A stretch of DNA of 64,000 nt from Ophelia neglecta (taxonomy: Eukaryota), in NCBI GenBank assembly GCA_965285935.1, contig OZ260663.1, positions 89,404,001-89,468,000 on the forward strand, read 5' to 3'. The notes below the pieces were generated by a model that was not told the DNA's origin, did not search any database, and saw only the letters and a list, made by a program, of their open reading frames with translations. The position numbers and the translations under genes are program-made. Positions 27,051-40,510 of the stretch are shown here, piece after piece; position 1 is the first letter of the stretch, and the number at the start of each line of letters is the position of its first letter.

Positions 27051-27530
27051 ATAGATGGCGTTACATAGGTCACATGTGACCTATATTGTATTTAATTATA
27101 ATCTCCGCCCCCACCTCCCAACCGCGGGATTTGGGGCGATAGCGAGGATTTCCACGGGCAATGGTGGGGGAAATCCCAGTGTTTTCTTCCGTTTTTGGTC
27201 CCCGAGACCTCGAAATTTTCCTGCCGATTTCCGAACCACTGGCCGTTTTAGGGACCGAGACAAGGGAATTTCCCCGGCCGTTTCCCGGAAATAGGTGGCG
27301 TTACATAGGTCACATGTGACCTATATTGTATTTAATTATAATCTCCGCCCCCACCTCCCAACCGCGGGATTTGGGGCGATAGCGGGGATTTCCACGGGCA
27401 ATGGTGGGGGAAATCCCAGTGTTTTCTTCCGTTTTTGGTCCCCGAGACCTCGAAATTTTCCTGCCGATTTCCGAACCACTGGCCGCTTTAGGGACCGAGA
27501 CAAGGGAATTTCCCCGGCCGTTTCCCGGGA
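27051..27530. repeat. Near-perfect 240-bp direct tandem duplication
   Basis: 27051-27290 and 27291-27530 differ at only a few bases. The ORF track shows the same peptide twice (27055, 27295). Confidence 0.9.
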
Positions 27531-28598
27531 CTTCCTTGGTGGTTTCCCCCGTGCGTTTTTAAGGTGCGCACTAAACTGCAGAGATAACAAAAAGAGGTTG
27601 CTGAAGTATATATAATGCATGTGCGCATCTGCAGAGGTGGTAAATCAAATGCGGAAGACGTTCCTAGTTCGGCTAATTCTTGTCCACTTGTCTACTTAAA
27701 CCTAATATAAGCGAAGCTGCTGACCTGAGTGACAAGCAAGCGGAACATAAATATGGACTAACATCATTGGCTAAAATAAACGACAAAGTGAGCAAGGCAA
27801 TTGATGAGGCGGCAGACATTCGTCACACCATTTCCGAGTCGGCAGAAATTGAAGAGCGAGCCCTATTATGTTCTCTTAGATAACCCGATTTTGATTGTGA
27901 TTCTGAAGAAACTGGCTCGAGTTCAAAAGCAGACATTATTGATCAACACTGTTAATATTGCCATGTATTAAACGAGTTTATATAACGAGAACAAACTGTT
28001 GATAGGTGATCATTTACATGTATTTAGTGTGAGTTGCTGATATGACATGTATGGGTTGCACCTCGTCAAATCATTGCATCGAATTAAACCATAGCATGGC
28101 ACATTAGAAGCTGTTGTATTTAGCTGTTATTTATATAACTCATAGTACACTAGCCACATTTCATTCTTTTACCAATTACATATAAAGTTTTGCAAACTTT
28201 TTATGTATTTTTGACAAAAATGTCTTCTATAAACGGAGCAATAACAAAAGGAGCTCCATAAAACTACTATACAGATGACTTGAGCCTGGAAAATTAAGGA
28301 CTTTTTTCTGTCTGACGGCACAAAATGACCTAGGAAGAGGAATTTCCTTTGAAAATAAAATCCCCTGGGAGATGGGGATTTCCTTTTAAAATGTGCCCTG
28401 GCAGGTAGGGGATTTCCCAAATTTTCCTTCTTTTTATAAGGGAAAATCCCCACCATGACCCGGGGGTGGGCTGGGTGGGCTGGGGGGGGGGGGGGGGGTA
28501 CAATTGATCAACGCATTACCAATCATCAGAACTATTCTTGTGTACTGCCGTTCCTCTGTATTAAAACAAAAGTATTAAAAAAAATATTTCGGTGATTT

Positions 28599-28698
28599 CC
28601 TAGAATTTTTTATATGTGTTTGGAAATAAATATTGACTGAATTTATATCACCTAGAATTTTTTATATGTGTTTGGAAATAAATATTGACTGAATTTTT
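28599..28698. repeat. ~50-bp direct tandem duplication
   Basis: cctagaattttttatatgtgtttggaaataaatattgactgaatttt occurs twice, 52 bp apart. Confidence 0.85.
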
Positions 28699-30018
28699 AT
28701 TTGCTAATGAGAACTCAAATACGTTGTGGAAATATTTGCCTACACCCCTTGAGCTATATCAACAACATTCTTGGAGGTAATTAAAGTGTTAGACTAGTAG
28801 TGTCGAAAACATGTCTTCGGTTTTGGAGTAATATATCAAATATAGTCCTTATCGAATAACGCGGTGCCATTCTAATAGGCAGATTTATGTTATGTCAATA
28901 TCGTTGAAATGTTTAAAACGACGGGCAAACAGCAGGAGTACGAAACGTTCGAAAAATAAACTGCTAAGAATAGCGTCCGACAGGAAGCGGTGTTTACTGG
29001 CAAGCGGTCATCAGACGCAGAGAATGACAGGACGCAGCAAAGGTCAACCGTAAGGCGCAAATTTTAACACTGTCGTCTGCTTTCGTGTGTAGTAAAATGA
29101 TAGTCTCACACTTCACCTAGATTGGGATATGTATATTCATGTCAACATATATAAGAGACGGCTAGAGAAGAGATAATGGAATATTAAACGCTCGTCTTTC
29201 TATGTCTATATGCCCATAGGTAACAGGTACGCTATTGGCCAAATATTTCACTACCGGGAACGAGAATCAAACACCCTTTGTCTTACCATAAAGCTATTTT
29301 CTCCCTTGGTCCACCATATAATACGGTGTTGCCAAAGCAACATTACAGGCTAAAGTTAGGACTAAAGTTTAGACGGGCTGCCTAGGTACTATTGTATCAA
29401 ATGCCAAACTGGAAGAACTTCCCAACAAAATATACCACTGGCACAATATAGTAAGATCATAATGGTTAATCACAAGTTGTCTATACTCCACAACAAAACT
29501 ATTTTCACGTTTCCAAAGTAGTGGCAGCCAAACATTTAGTAGTATACGCCGTTAGTAGTGTACGCCGCCGTAACAAAGTATTTAGCAGTGTGAATATATC
29601 TATACGAGGGCTACACTGCATAAAACTAATTTCCTATAAATTACTAGTGGAAAACGTTGAATGAAGCCTACAATGCGAAATGTACGGCTTATTCAAATTC
29701 ATTATAGATTTCACCTTGTCTATGCAATAATCTGTATCACTGAAAATAAGCTGTTCAGTTTCGGAGATGGGAGGGGGCGGCGGGGGGAGGGGGGGGGTGT
29801 CAATCTCAGTCAAATGAGTTTCAATAATACATATATTATTTTCGGTAAAGGCAATAAGGTAAAAGAACTAGCTTTAGTCTACAATTTTATTTACAATTAT
29901 ATCATGATATTAAATGGCAAATGCGAATCATTGCGCGCCTCTTCACTACCCCTAGTCCCTTTCAAGAACCACCCAACACCTTGTTGCGTTTTTCTAATTA
30001 TCATTACCATATTTTGAT

Positions 30019-31405
30019 CTACACAGCAGTTTTTGGTCGCTTTTTACGCCCAGATTTTAATCGTTTTTTAGTCTTTTGCACTCTCTCCCGTCCCGTTTGA
30101 TCAGTTAACGATAGCCTTCTTTGAGAGAAGTAGCTCTTGCCAGGGACGGCCCCAGACCTTCCTTTCAACCTTCCAAAGCCCGCCGACTTGTTAGAACATG
30201 CGGTGTCGGGCCTTTCCTCCTCCCCGGCCTCTTCCCCCTCGCTAGGCTGGGGTGGGTGTGGCTCCATACCCAGTCTATCGAAGTCTCTCTCTATCTCGGA
30301 CCCGACATGAACGTCCGGCCCCGGGCGTAGGTCCTTGGGTCTGGAGGACCCCTGGCCACGGCTAAAAGTGGCCAAACCAGATTTAGGCCTCCCGAGAACT
30401 ATGTTGTTAGCGTTTATCAGCTTGGCATTGTTTGTTTTTTGACATGAATTGCAGGACTTCGGTCTCTGCCTTGACCTTGACTTTGGCGGTTTCTCCTCAA
30501 CTTCCACGCGTTCCTGGCGTTTCCGGTTCTCGTACGAGCTCTCCACACAGTTGCCTGAACAGTTTTTGTCCAAGCAAATCAGACAGGATGCCGAGTTTTC
30601 TAAAGCTTCCTTCTTGCTCGGGCAGTCACCCACGCACGCCACCTGAGTGCAGTCTGGGAAACACCGCTTCTCCCGCCATGTTTTAGCGCTGGTGATACGA
30701 GCCCCCATCCTGGTTCTGGCGTACAAACGCTGGCGTTGTAACCGTGCTTTCTCCCGGCGTTCTTTTTCCCACTCTTCGGTCTTCATCTGCAGTCGCTCAA
30801 GCTGTATCAGTCTATCCATTATCTGGTCTTCAACATCATCCTCCGGACGTTTTTTAGTGAAAATCTTCCAGTGTTTTTCTTGCTTTGCAAGGTCTCGTAG
30901 GTCCATTGATTGCATTTCATCCGAGAGAGTTGGGGAGAATTCGTAGGGAGGAATCTCGACACTACTAGCATCAAAGTCATATTTTCTGCGGTCACCTTTA
31001 GGTATGATTGGAACATCAAATGCATCGAATTTTTCGGGCCGAAGGAACAACTCAGGAGCTTGTTTGCCTTTAATGTCTTCGACTTGAGGCTCGGGATAAT
31101 CTTCATCAGAGTCATCCTCGTCCTCAACCTGCTCGGTGCTATCCTGAATGTCCTCCTCCTCTTTGTCTTTGTCATCTTCCTCGTCTTCCTCTGGCAGGCT
31201 TGGGGGCAGCTTTTCTCCGAAGACAGACTCCGGCTGCTGGCCCTCGTTCAGCTCGTATAGTAGGTGTGGGGTCAGGGTGTCGTATTGGGGGTCAGAGGCC
31301 GACGTGGGTTGAGAACCAGCGGTTTGGGCTCGAAGTGATCGACTGTCGGCGGGACTGGACCGAGGCCTTTGGGAGCTGGCAGAAAGGACTCGCACGGGAA
31401 CATGC
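30019..31405 (-). CDS. Terminal coding exon of the FAM217-like gene
   Basis: 458-aa ORF of higher GC; acceptor tttaaag|G at 31405. Contains an acidic tract, FAM217-like core, Cys clusters and a basic C-terminus ending RPKTAV. A candidate AATAAA lies at 29891-29886. Confidence 0.88.
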
Positions 31406-34400
31406 CTTTAAAGATAATGAAATAAATATAATGCTATTAATTTAAGGAATTAACACGTCGTTTTATGTATTATACTATTAGGTTGGAATTTTTCGTCAAT
31501 TGACTAAGCGATGAATGCATTTCCTTTAAAGTATATTTCTGCTTGAAAATGAATATACTAAAGCAATACGTTTATTATACGTATATACCATTCAGAATAA
31601 TTGAGTTGTAATGTACTAGGACTTCGTTAAGTCACCTTTTGAGACGATCGGACCTGCAGCTGGCCGGTCGACTGCGTGGTGGGAGGGCCGAGTGGCATCG
31701 GGAGGCGGTCCGGGATGGGTCTTCCCCCGGTACCGACTCCTGGGGGCTCCACACGCCCCGGGGATAGTAAGGTAGACGCTTTTTGTCCTGGAAGGTCTTC
31801 AAACTGGAGGCCAACTGACTACGGTAGATAGCCGACTGGCGGTCGCCGCTAGCGGAGGATTGGGTCTGAAAACATGTATTAAACCAATGAACAATCAGAC
31901 GTGCACGATAATCAATATGATATCCGGCGAAGGAGAGGAAAAAGCTAAAATATTGACGGCCTTTCCCTATTAAATAGAGACGCGTAGGAATCGATGTAAG
32001 AAGGTATAAGTAATCCCAGTATCAGGGGTTAACTTGTATCATTTTGAAATTAATTGTAGCAAGCCGCGATAACCTATGTTATATAGAAAGACCATTGAGC
32101 TTCGATATCTGATTATATTTATATCACGGTGTTAAAGGGAACCTAAGGTATATGATATTAGAAGCGCATAATTATACATTGAACCTGGGGCGGTTAGGTG
32201 AACAAGTAATATCACATATGTGCAGTACCTTAAAATTTAGGCCCTTGAAACGGTGTTCTGCTACGGCACTGGCCTCTCGAACTTGCTGAGTTAGTCGTTT
32301 GAACTCAAGCTACAATGCAGTGATCAACACAAATGTACAGTGAGATATTAACAACACCAAAATTAAATACATGGTAAGTGATATACAAATAATATACAAA
32401 TTGTAAAAAAAAACGCTCTTTCATAACATATATGTGTGAAATGCTCTGTGAGCGATCATGCAACCATATGTATTGTTGTTTTAATTGAAATCAAAATTAT
32501 TATGTTCAATGAATGTGTGCATAGGTTTTAATGAATATGACACATGTGTTCGAAATAAAATTAAGGATTAGATATCGGTGTGAGTTTAAAACGATCTATT
32601 TCTAAGAAGGGAATAATACCAGAATAAATTATCATAGGGTGGTGTCCAGCAATGGTAAACAAGTAAAAGCAAGGTGCATTTTATAATTCAACATTTCATA
32701 GCAATTAGGTAAGAAAATGTGAATCATTGTTTCAATAAAATGACTTACCGCTGTAAGCTTGTACAGTGAGGAATCTGAAAAATGGTAAAAAGATTGTGAT
32801 GCACGCAATTTTGGTACTTTACTCTTATCGTCAAAATAAAGTGCATATGGTTAGTATTTCCCACTATGCAGTACATGTATATCAATGATAGGAATCGATT
32901 TAATTAACGTTTTGTACTGATAACATTTGACAGCGTTATGAGGTTGGCCTCGAGTAAATATTATGTGTGACTGGTGTGTGAACGATCCCACAAGTGTCTT
33001 TCCTATTGCTATACATTTGTATATTGAAAAAGTGGTGCACTTCTGTGCCCTTTGAACTAACATTCAACTGCTTTGATAATCGCCTTAAATCAATGATCTT
33101 TACTGGTATTCTGCAACCATTAAGCATAAACACACCAGGTATGTGCAAAAACAGCCTAGCCAGTAATGACTATTCTTGTCAAGGTAACTGTGTTTGGAAT
33201 TGTATCTTAAAGTAATGTGATATGCCCGTTAACCATTTCATTCGAACATACAGTCCACGAGCACCCAGGTGTAGCGTGTAAAATATTTGCATGCATCCAG
33301 TTTAACATTAATCACAGTGCAACCCATCCCGTTAAAATTAACAAAAGGCTCAAATACACTCAACATTAATATATATAGTTTGCTAAGCACGCGGTTGAGA
33401 CTATTTCATTGTCATGTTTGAACTTAGAATAGTTATATTGTTTAATATATATATATATATATATATATGAACGTTAATTTAAGTGGATTTTTGGAATTTA
33501 TTATAATATTATAAAACCTTGTGCCTTTTGACCAAACACCCCCCAAAAAATGTGTTAAAGCTTTCATATCAGGAGTTGTTTGAACCACCACAGTCATAGA
33601 GCCTCTGGTTAAAATATAAATACACAATAACCCTTAACACCCTCCATACTAACTTACACAGGTAAATCTTGTCGCCCAAGATATCACGGTAGGCCTCTAT
33701 GTAATAGAATTGTAACAGGTGGGGAGATGAATATCAATAATAGCTTAAGATTTTCTGACATATGATGAATAAATTTGAAACAGGCGAGGATAATTGTCAA
33801 TTGTACATTTAACGATTAAAGAAATATATGTGAACGTATTTAAACAACTTTGTTAAGATAACAATTTATGTGGTTCTGGAAAGGAATTATAATATAATGT
33901 TAATTCTAAATGAAATATTATGCAAAAAAAATATTTCTCGGAGACCAGAGCAATCGAGCAGGTTTTCCATTAAACATAAATAACTATTTAATGTTAAATA
34001 TGTACAGTAACAATAAAATCAGTTCTTAACTTTTGTAAAAACATATAGTGTCTGCAAATGCTATCACTTAATTTGTAGCTCGAGGAGGTATATATTTATA
34101 CCAACGATCTGTGACTTAGATCCGTGTTTTAGCGTCAAAGGAATGCATCTTCATATGATGGAATTGATAAGAAATTCCTTCATAGAAGTGTAAAATATAT
34201 CCACTTATTAACTAATATATTGCTTGCCTGTGGGTTCTATGTTGTTATTTGTGACCTCGTTACCGGCAATGGTGTTCTGCTGAACTTGCTGACGTGGTGA
34301 TTGATTCTTCCAGTGCAGAGTCTGCTGCAACAGAATACGAATATCTCCGTTGTATATAGCATGCATCATAAACAAATGACTTCTTTCCAGAAGTTCGACC

Positions 34401-35345
34401 TACATGGCTTAAACTTTCAAATGCTTCTACCCTATTCATACACTGTTATTCTATAGCGTTCTGCTTACGCCTTGATTGCATAAACTTTTGGAAATTTTGG
34501 ACAATCATAAATGTTCATGGTCACAATGCCAAAACGACTAGGAGTTAACACAATGCATTTATTAAGCCCGTTAAAACCAAGGATTAATTCACAGTAGATG
34601 TGTAAAGGCCAAAATCGCGCGGAGAGTAAGATTAGCCATGTATTGCCTGGTTATGTAGGCATACACTGAGACAATTGGGCGATAAAGCATGGCTTTGATA
34701 TTATCACATTAATATTAAACAAAGAACTTTAGTTAGAATTCAGTAAAGTATAACTGATCACAATGGAATACAATATTTGGTTCCTATAATAATGGTCTGA
34801 AATTGTGTGTTATGAATGTTTCATAACTTTGTGGTGGCAAACAATATTAACTCCTTATCAGCGAGGAAAATTAAGGAAATCAAAGCCAAGAACGCAACGT
34901 ACTGTGTTGTATGTGACGTCATGTTAATCTATGCTAAATTGTGCACTATTTCTTTAACTAATATTGAAGAATGGCCATTTTACATCTGCTGTGCTTTGTA
35001 ATTATTTCATTCGTACCATACGCAAATAATACCCACGGCTAATCATGTTTAGTTCAACTTAAATGTAATAGTGCGTGCTTCAGGGATTTTTCATCAATCG
35101 ATAAGAATCGGCATATACGGCATATATATTGCCCCTTATATATTTAACAGCTTTCATGAATATATTATATTTTTTTTCCAGCGTTCTATAGTAGTACGAA
35201 TTGTATAATAAAGCAATTGAGTTCTATATTTACCCTATCAGTAGGTGGCGCTGTTTGCGGTCGTCTGCTGATATCATCGTTGACCTCATTTATAAGCCGT
35301 TCCCGTATCCATTCCTTGTTAGGCCGTGGTCCTTCATAGGGCTTC
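30019..35345 (-). CDS. FAM217-domain-like protein, constant region (7 exons, ~645 aa)
   Basis: Phase-consistent exons 35345-35234 (phase 2-0), 34324-34264 (0-1), 33696-33658 (1-1), 32774-32749 (1-0), 32309-32229 (0-0), 31865-31636 (0-2), 31405-30019 (2-stop). The last exon has PELFLRPEKFD...MDLRDLA...DRLIQLERLQMKT, matching my recollection of the FAM217 core. Confidence 0.8.
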
Positions 35346-36175
35346 CTAAAATGTACAAATATTCATTTAAAACGAATTTAAATATCACATTTTTTTCCTG
35401 GATAGTGAAATATAACACAAGCGGCAAAACCATCTTCTCCTGTTGTTGTTATTTAACGATTTCTATCCATATGTTAACTTGAGACAGAATAAACTCATCT
35501 CAGTTCGGTGAAGTAGTGAACTGTTCACCTTGTTCCTCTGCTTGGTGGGTTCCACTGATAAGTGTAATAGCAGTAAGACATTTAAAAACAGAATTAAAAA
35601 CACTGGTTCAATTTATAGCAAGAGCGTAAAACGAAAAAATGTCTGCTGCGAACTGCCCATGTCAAGAACGATTTAAAGCTAAAGAGAGCGCCATGTCAAG
35701 CTTAGTTTAAGCCGAACGATTCACTGGATGTTTTGAAAATATCTATTCTCAGCAAGCATTCAATGACATTAAATTACCATGAAAAATCATTTATTTTTCA
35801 TATCTGTAGACAAATTTATAATAGCTCTTTTCGTAGCAATGGCTTGCTAGATCTTTTGTCCACGCCTACATAGACATCACCCTTGACACTTAGCAACATA
35901 GCAATTTGAAGTGCTCCATGTGGAAAAATTGCTGTCTTTGGTGGGAGTCTTTTAGATAATAGACAAAGCAGCAAGCCGCATATGATATCATGACTTTGAT
36001 ATTTGTAAGGCACTTCAACTCAGCCAAATCAGAGCAGGAATTTATGACCAACCATTGATCACAAATTGTTACGTGACATGTTGTTCTCAATGGGGAATTG
36101 TATTGAGTTGCTCGTTAATCGATTAGTTCTAAGGGGCGCACTATTCAACATTTGTCCTTAGGTGAGGGAAGGGCT

Positions 36176-36206
<31 letters not shown>

Positions 36207-36424
36207 CTAGAAGAAAATTTTGCGGCCAAATTATCTCGCCCGGCCTCAGAGCTGCCATTTTGTGGCAGAAAAAAATGCATAGTTAATGCTTTTAATTCAG
36301 CGCATACGGTTTATGTGAGTGTTGCAGAGAAATATGAGCTGTTCATTGGGCCTACTGGCTGGCAAATAGACCATATTTTCGGTTTTCCAGCATTTTACAG
36401 ATAAAAGATAAAAGTAAATTTTAC

Positions 36425-36657
36425 TTTCCGGTCATTTTAGATCCAATTGAGTTTTGCAGGTTTTGCGTACGCCTGTGTAGACAGTACATAAGTGATATCG
36501 ATCTATTTACACAGTGATTGACAACTCCTGTAATGGTGGTGTGGCGAACTTTACACGTGATGTCATGAATACATTTAGGCCTATAGGAAAATTTTGAACT
36601 CTGTAAATACCTTGCTGTGAGATTCGCCATGAATTCAATGATATCTAAATATCCCAT
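36425..36657 (-). CDS. Candidate alternative first exon (MGYLDIIEF...KMTG)
   Basis: ATG plus 77 codons and 2 nt, ending AA|gtaaaa (phase 2). The donor is weak. Confidence 0.35.
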
Positions 36658-38524
36658 GAATAAATAACGACTTACTAGAGGTGAATTATCGGAGCAATTC
36701 TGAATGTTTTACATTATTGACGTGCGCCCTACAGCGAGGTACGTAGCGTGAAATTTATGTTTTCCTATGGTAAATATTAATATAAACAGTTATATTTCCT
36801 ACGCGAACAACCCATCGCATACTTGGCCTAAACTCTTAATGCTTGTTTACCAAGCTGCAGAATGTAGAATGTTTGAAAACAACTTGTCTTTCTTTGTAAA
36901 ATTGGTATGAGCCATCATCGAAATTCAGCCATGTGTTGTCAAAGTATAAGCCCACTGACGGATTTAGCTACAGGCAGGTCCAGTCCCCCTACCCCTCCCA
37001 ACCCACTACCCCTCCCAAACCCGGTTCCTCTACCCCTCATCGACCATCTACCCCTACCAAACCAGGCGGTTCCAGATCCTCTACCCCTCACAGACTCCCT
37101 ACACCCCCTAAACTCGACCGGTCCAGGCACCTCACCCCACCCGAACCCAACAGTCAGTTGGTGGCAGGATGTTCGAAGAGTGTGTGTTGGGGGGGGGGGG
37201 GGGTCTGTATAGGTTCCTAAAAATATGACCTTATGCTAAATGTGGTTGATAAAAATTTGTTAATCTGCATGCGATCAGATAGTCAAAAATTCATATAAAC
37301 TGGTTATATGACATATATGGTATATTTCACATTTTTTTTTATGAGCGATAGCACATCTTTTTTTAAAAGTATATACATATTCACACAAAAACTGAAGATT
37401 CCATTGTTTTTCTATGCCGGTCTTATATAGACCTCGGAGAATTTTTTACCTGTTTCCTGTACATTCTATTGCCGATCAAAGCAAAAACATCAGTCTAAAC
37501 ACTGAAAAAAAGACGGGCGGAGGACGGAGGTATGTTAGCATCTATGTTAGCAACTTACTGAACGCTCCAATGCATGTGCTTCCTCGCGGTAATTTAACAA
37601 TGTGTGCACCTAATGACAAATGCATTTCAGAACAACGATTTCGCATCATAATGCATAACGCCATTCGTTGTTCTGTTACATTATTTTGGTTTAAAAAAAT
37701 GATGAGTCCTTACCCCTTGTAGCGCAGCCTATATTACACATGCAGGGCCCTTCTTTCGAGGCGCCCTCTATACCCATCCCCCAATGCATGAAATTCCCAA
37801 TCCACCCACGTTTGGTACACCATTTGCTCCCCCCCCCCCCCCCTTGGATCCTATCGTCTCCTATCCCGTCTATCTCCTGCAAACCCCACCCGCTCACCTC
37901 CCCAGGCTGAAAATAATAAGCCCTCCTTATAACCTACCTTCCTTCCTATAAGCACCTTGGACCCGTCTCTCTCAAGTGATTTGTCACAAATCGATGATCT
38001 TGTGAACTGCACAATAATAAGCCAAGAGTATTGGTATATTCATTGACAACCACTTCACCCGATAAACAAACCTTTAAAAACATACTACATGAATACTGAT
38101 GACAAGCCTATAGTTCGATGCTTGAATTAAGGGAAAGATGGGCCACTAAGGACTATAGTATTGCTGTTTTTGGTTAACATCGGTGTTATATCAATCATTT
38201 AAGATAAACTATCAACTAATAAATAAAAAATTCAATCTGCCTTTCAACAATATATATTTATCAACTGTGAAACTGACCTGCTTCACCTTGAAGCGCGTGG
38301 GAAGGGGGGGGGGGGGCAAGGCCATTTTTATGACCCGAGATGGCCACAAAAATAATCATTATGAACCCTGGTATTGTTTTATTCACTGTTCACGAACTGT
38401 GAGTACCGATGGATGTGTAAACATGTTCCCCCGCAATACACTTAATTATTCAGAGTATCAATTTATTATATATTGGTAAATGCGTGAATGATATTCTGTT
38501 TAATAAGATAATCATTGACATTAC

Positions 38525-38595
38525 CTGGGCTGATAGATGTTAATGTCAATAATAGGTAATCCGTAGGTGAGAATCGGAGAGCTAAAACTGAACAT
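38525..38595 (-). CDS. Candidate alternative first exon (MFSFSSPILTYGLPIIDINIYQP)
   Basis: accATG with an in-frame stop upstream; phase-2 donor CAG|gtaatg. Confidence 0.55.
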
Positions 38596-38921
38596 GGTCG
38601 GTGTCCACAGACCTCAAAACAGAAATATCTCCAGAAACGTGGATCTTTCAAGACTTCTGACCATGCCAAACATATTTATTTCTCTGCATGGCGCCTTTCT
38701 TGATATAATGACCAAGTGTAGGTACGTTTAATTTTGTATTTTGTATGTAAATCTGTGTGACCAATTTTGCAAATCAATACGATTATGATCTAACTTCTAT
38801 CAGGGCAAATCTCTACCTTATAAACCCCATGCCTAAAGGATTAATCTCTGATAGAATTTGACATGCTATGATCAAATGTAGGCCTAGAACATTCGGGGAT
38901 TAACAGAAATAATTCTCTTAC

Positions 38922-38971
38922 CATATATTATAATAGGCCACCATTGCCAAAGGTTCCCATTCGGTGAACAT
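38922..38971 (-). CDS. Candidate alternative first exon (MFTEWEPLAMVAYYNI)
   Basis: atcATG; phase-2 donor ATG|gtaaga. Confidence 0.5.
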
Positions 38972-39786
38972 GATGTCTATGAAATCCTAGAGTGGGCTGT
39001 TAAAGCAATATTCTGTGATGAACAGATAATCTACAACTCGGGTTCACATATAATACGTCACAGTTCGTCTGCTTCGATCAGTCATGGCTGCTGATCCGTA
39101 ATCCACTGTGGATATCCACTCTTTGAAGCATGGGCTATTAAACCCAGAACCCTCCGGTAATCTGGATCCTAATTAAATCCACCTTATATTCACTCAACAC
39201 CTAATCACAATTAAATCCAGGTAGATTGTAGGGTCCCCTTAGCCCTACGTACAGCCCGACATAGCTCCCTCACACTTGTCGCCGTCCTCGCTGACATGTT
39301 TGTATAGGTGTTCTGTGGCTGTGTCGTTAAGGTGTTTGTTAAAGCCGTTCAGTGCCCTCTCACACGCCGAGGCTATACCACACACAACACAAGTGACTAA
39401 CGGTCCTAGCGGAAGTCGAGCCAAGTCTACATGGCTGGCCCCTTACACAATATACAAACGACGGGTAGCACACATAACAGCGTGAGGGCCTAATGACGGG
39501 CTCAACTGTATATATTTGCATTCTAAACACATCCTCGGTGGTAGCGAGGTGAATTAGGAAGGATTTGTTTCATAAACGGGCGGTATCACCATGAAAATGT
39601 GAAATGAAGAAGAGAAGTTTTCAGGGTCTGCAGTAAAGACTTATGCTAAACAATATGGGTCCCTTACTTTCGAGTGCCTATTTTAAAACCCTACTTGTGG
39701 TAGGCAACGCATCCCCCCCACCCCAACCCAACCCCCACACCATCCAACCCCCTCATCAAAATGCTCCTGTGTACCTTTAGTTTGTA

Positions 39787-39964
39787 CAGTGAAACCTGTG
39801 AATTAAGACCACCCATGGGACATGAAAATACTGGTCTCAATATACAGGTTGTCTGTTTATAAAGGTTATTTAACATTGAAAGTATACACCTTGGTCTTAA
39901 TATCAGTGGTCTGAATTGTCAGGTGGTCTGAATATAGAAGTGGTCTTTAAGGCAGGATTCACTG
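39787..39964. mobile_element. Tc1/mariner(pogo)-type MITE, copy 1
   Basis: TA|CAGTGAAACCTG...CAGGATTCACTG|TA terminal inverted repeats with TA target duplication. Confidence 0.85.
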
Positions 39965-40332
39965 TAATTAAATCTAGCCCAAGGCTGTTTAGAAGCTATA
40001 TTGTATTCTTCAATCAACAATTTACTATGGAATAAAAGCAGACGACATATTAACTTTAAACCTTTTCATTACGCGCTGATTATTATTATTATTGTAGGTT
40101 GTCAGGCGGCCGCCAAGCGGCCATCGTGTTTCAGTTCAATCAGTTAATGCCCGGCTTATCAATTAAGATGACGTAATTAATTAAACCATTTTCGATATAT
40201 CAGCTTAGGGTTAGAGGAATAAACAGGTCTTATCACATCTAAAGACATTGTCTAAACACCACAAAAACAAAAGAAAAGCTCGTGGCCCCCTTATACGGCA
40301 GGATACAGTGATTTTATTCCTATATACATGTA

Positions 40333-40510
40333 CAGTGAAACCTGTGAATTAAGACCACCAAAGGGACTGGAAAATACTGGTCTGATTTTGGAGATGGTCT
40401 GTTTAGACAGGTTATTTAACATTGAAACTATACAGCACAGGCCTCATATTAGTGTTCTGAATTGCCAAGTGGTCTGATTATAGAGGTGGTCTTTAAGGCA
40501 GGTTTCACTG
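40333..40510. mobile_element. Tc1/mariner(pogo)-type MITE, copy 2
   Basis: TA|CAGTGAAACCTG...CAGGTTTCACTG|TA; colinear with copy 1. Confidence 0.87.

Noticed and set aside
27055-27620. Duplicated MALHRSH ORFs
   Set aside because: Arise from the 240-bp duplication inside GC-rich repeat-like DNA; no protein features.
29328-29341. RFX X-box-like GTTGCCAAAGCAAC
   Set aside because: Lies downstream of the FAM217-like gene's stop codon with no identifiable gene start nearby; a single match may be chance.
30121-31445. Overlapping plus-strand and alternative-frame ORFs
   Set aside because: Shadows of the GC-richer terminal exon of the FAM217-like gene.
37559-37664. ATG ORF ending at a strong gtaagt donor as another first exon
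   Set aside because: The long ORF ends in phase 1, which is incompatible with the phase-2 acceptor; only a 5-codon ORF fits phase 2. Counted as a counter-example.
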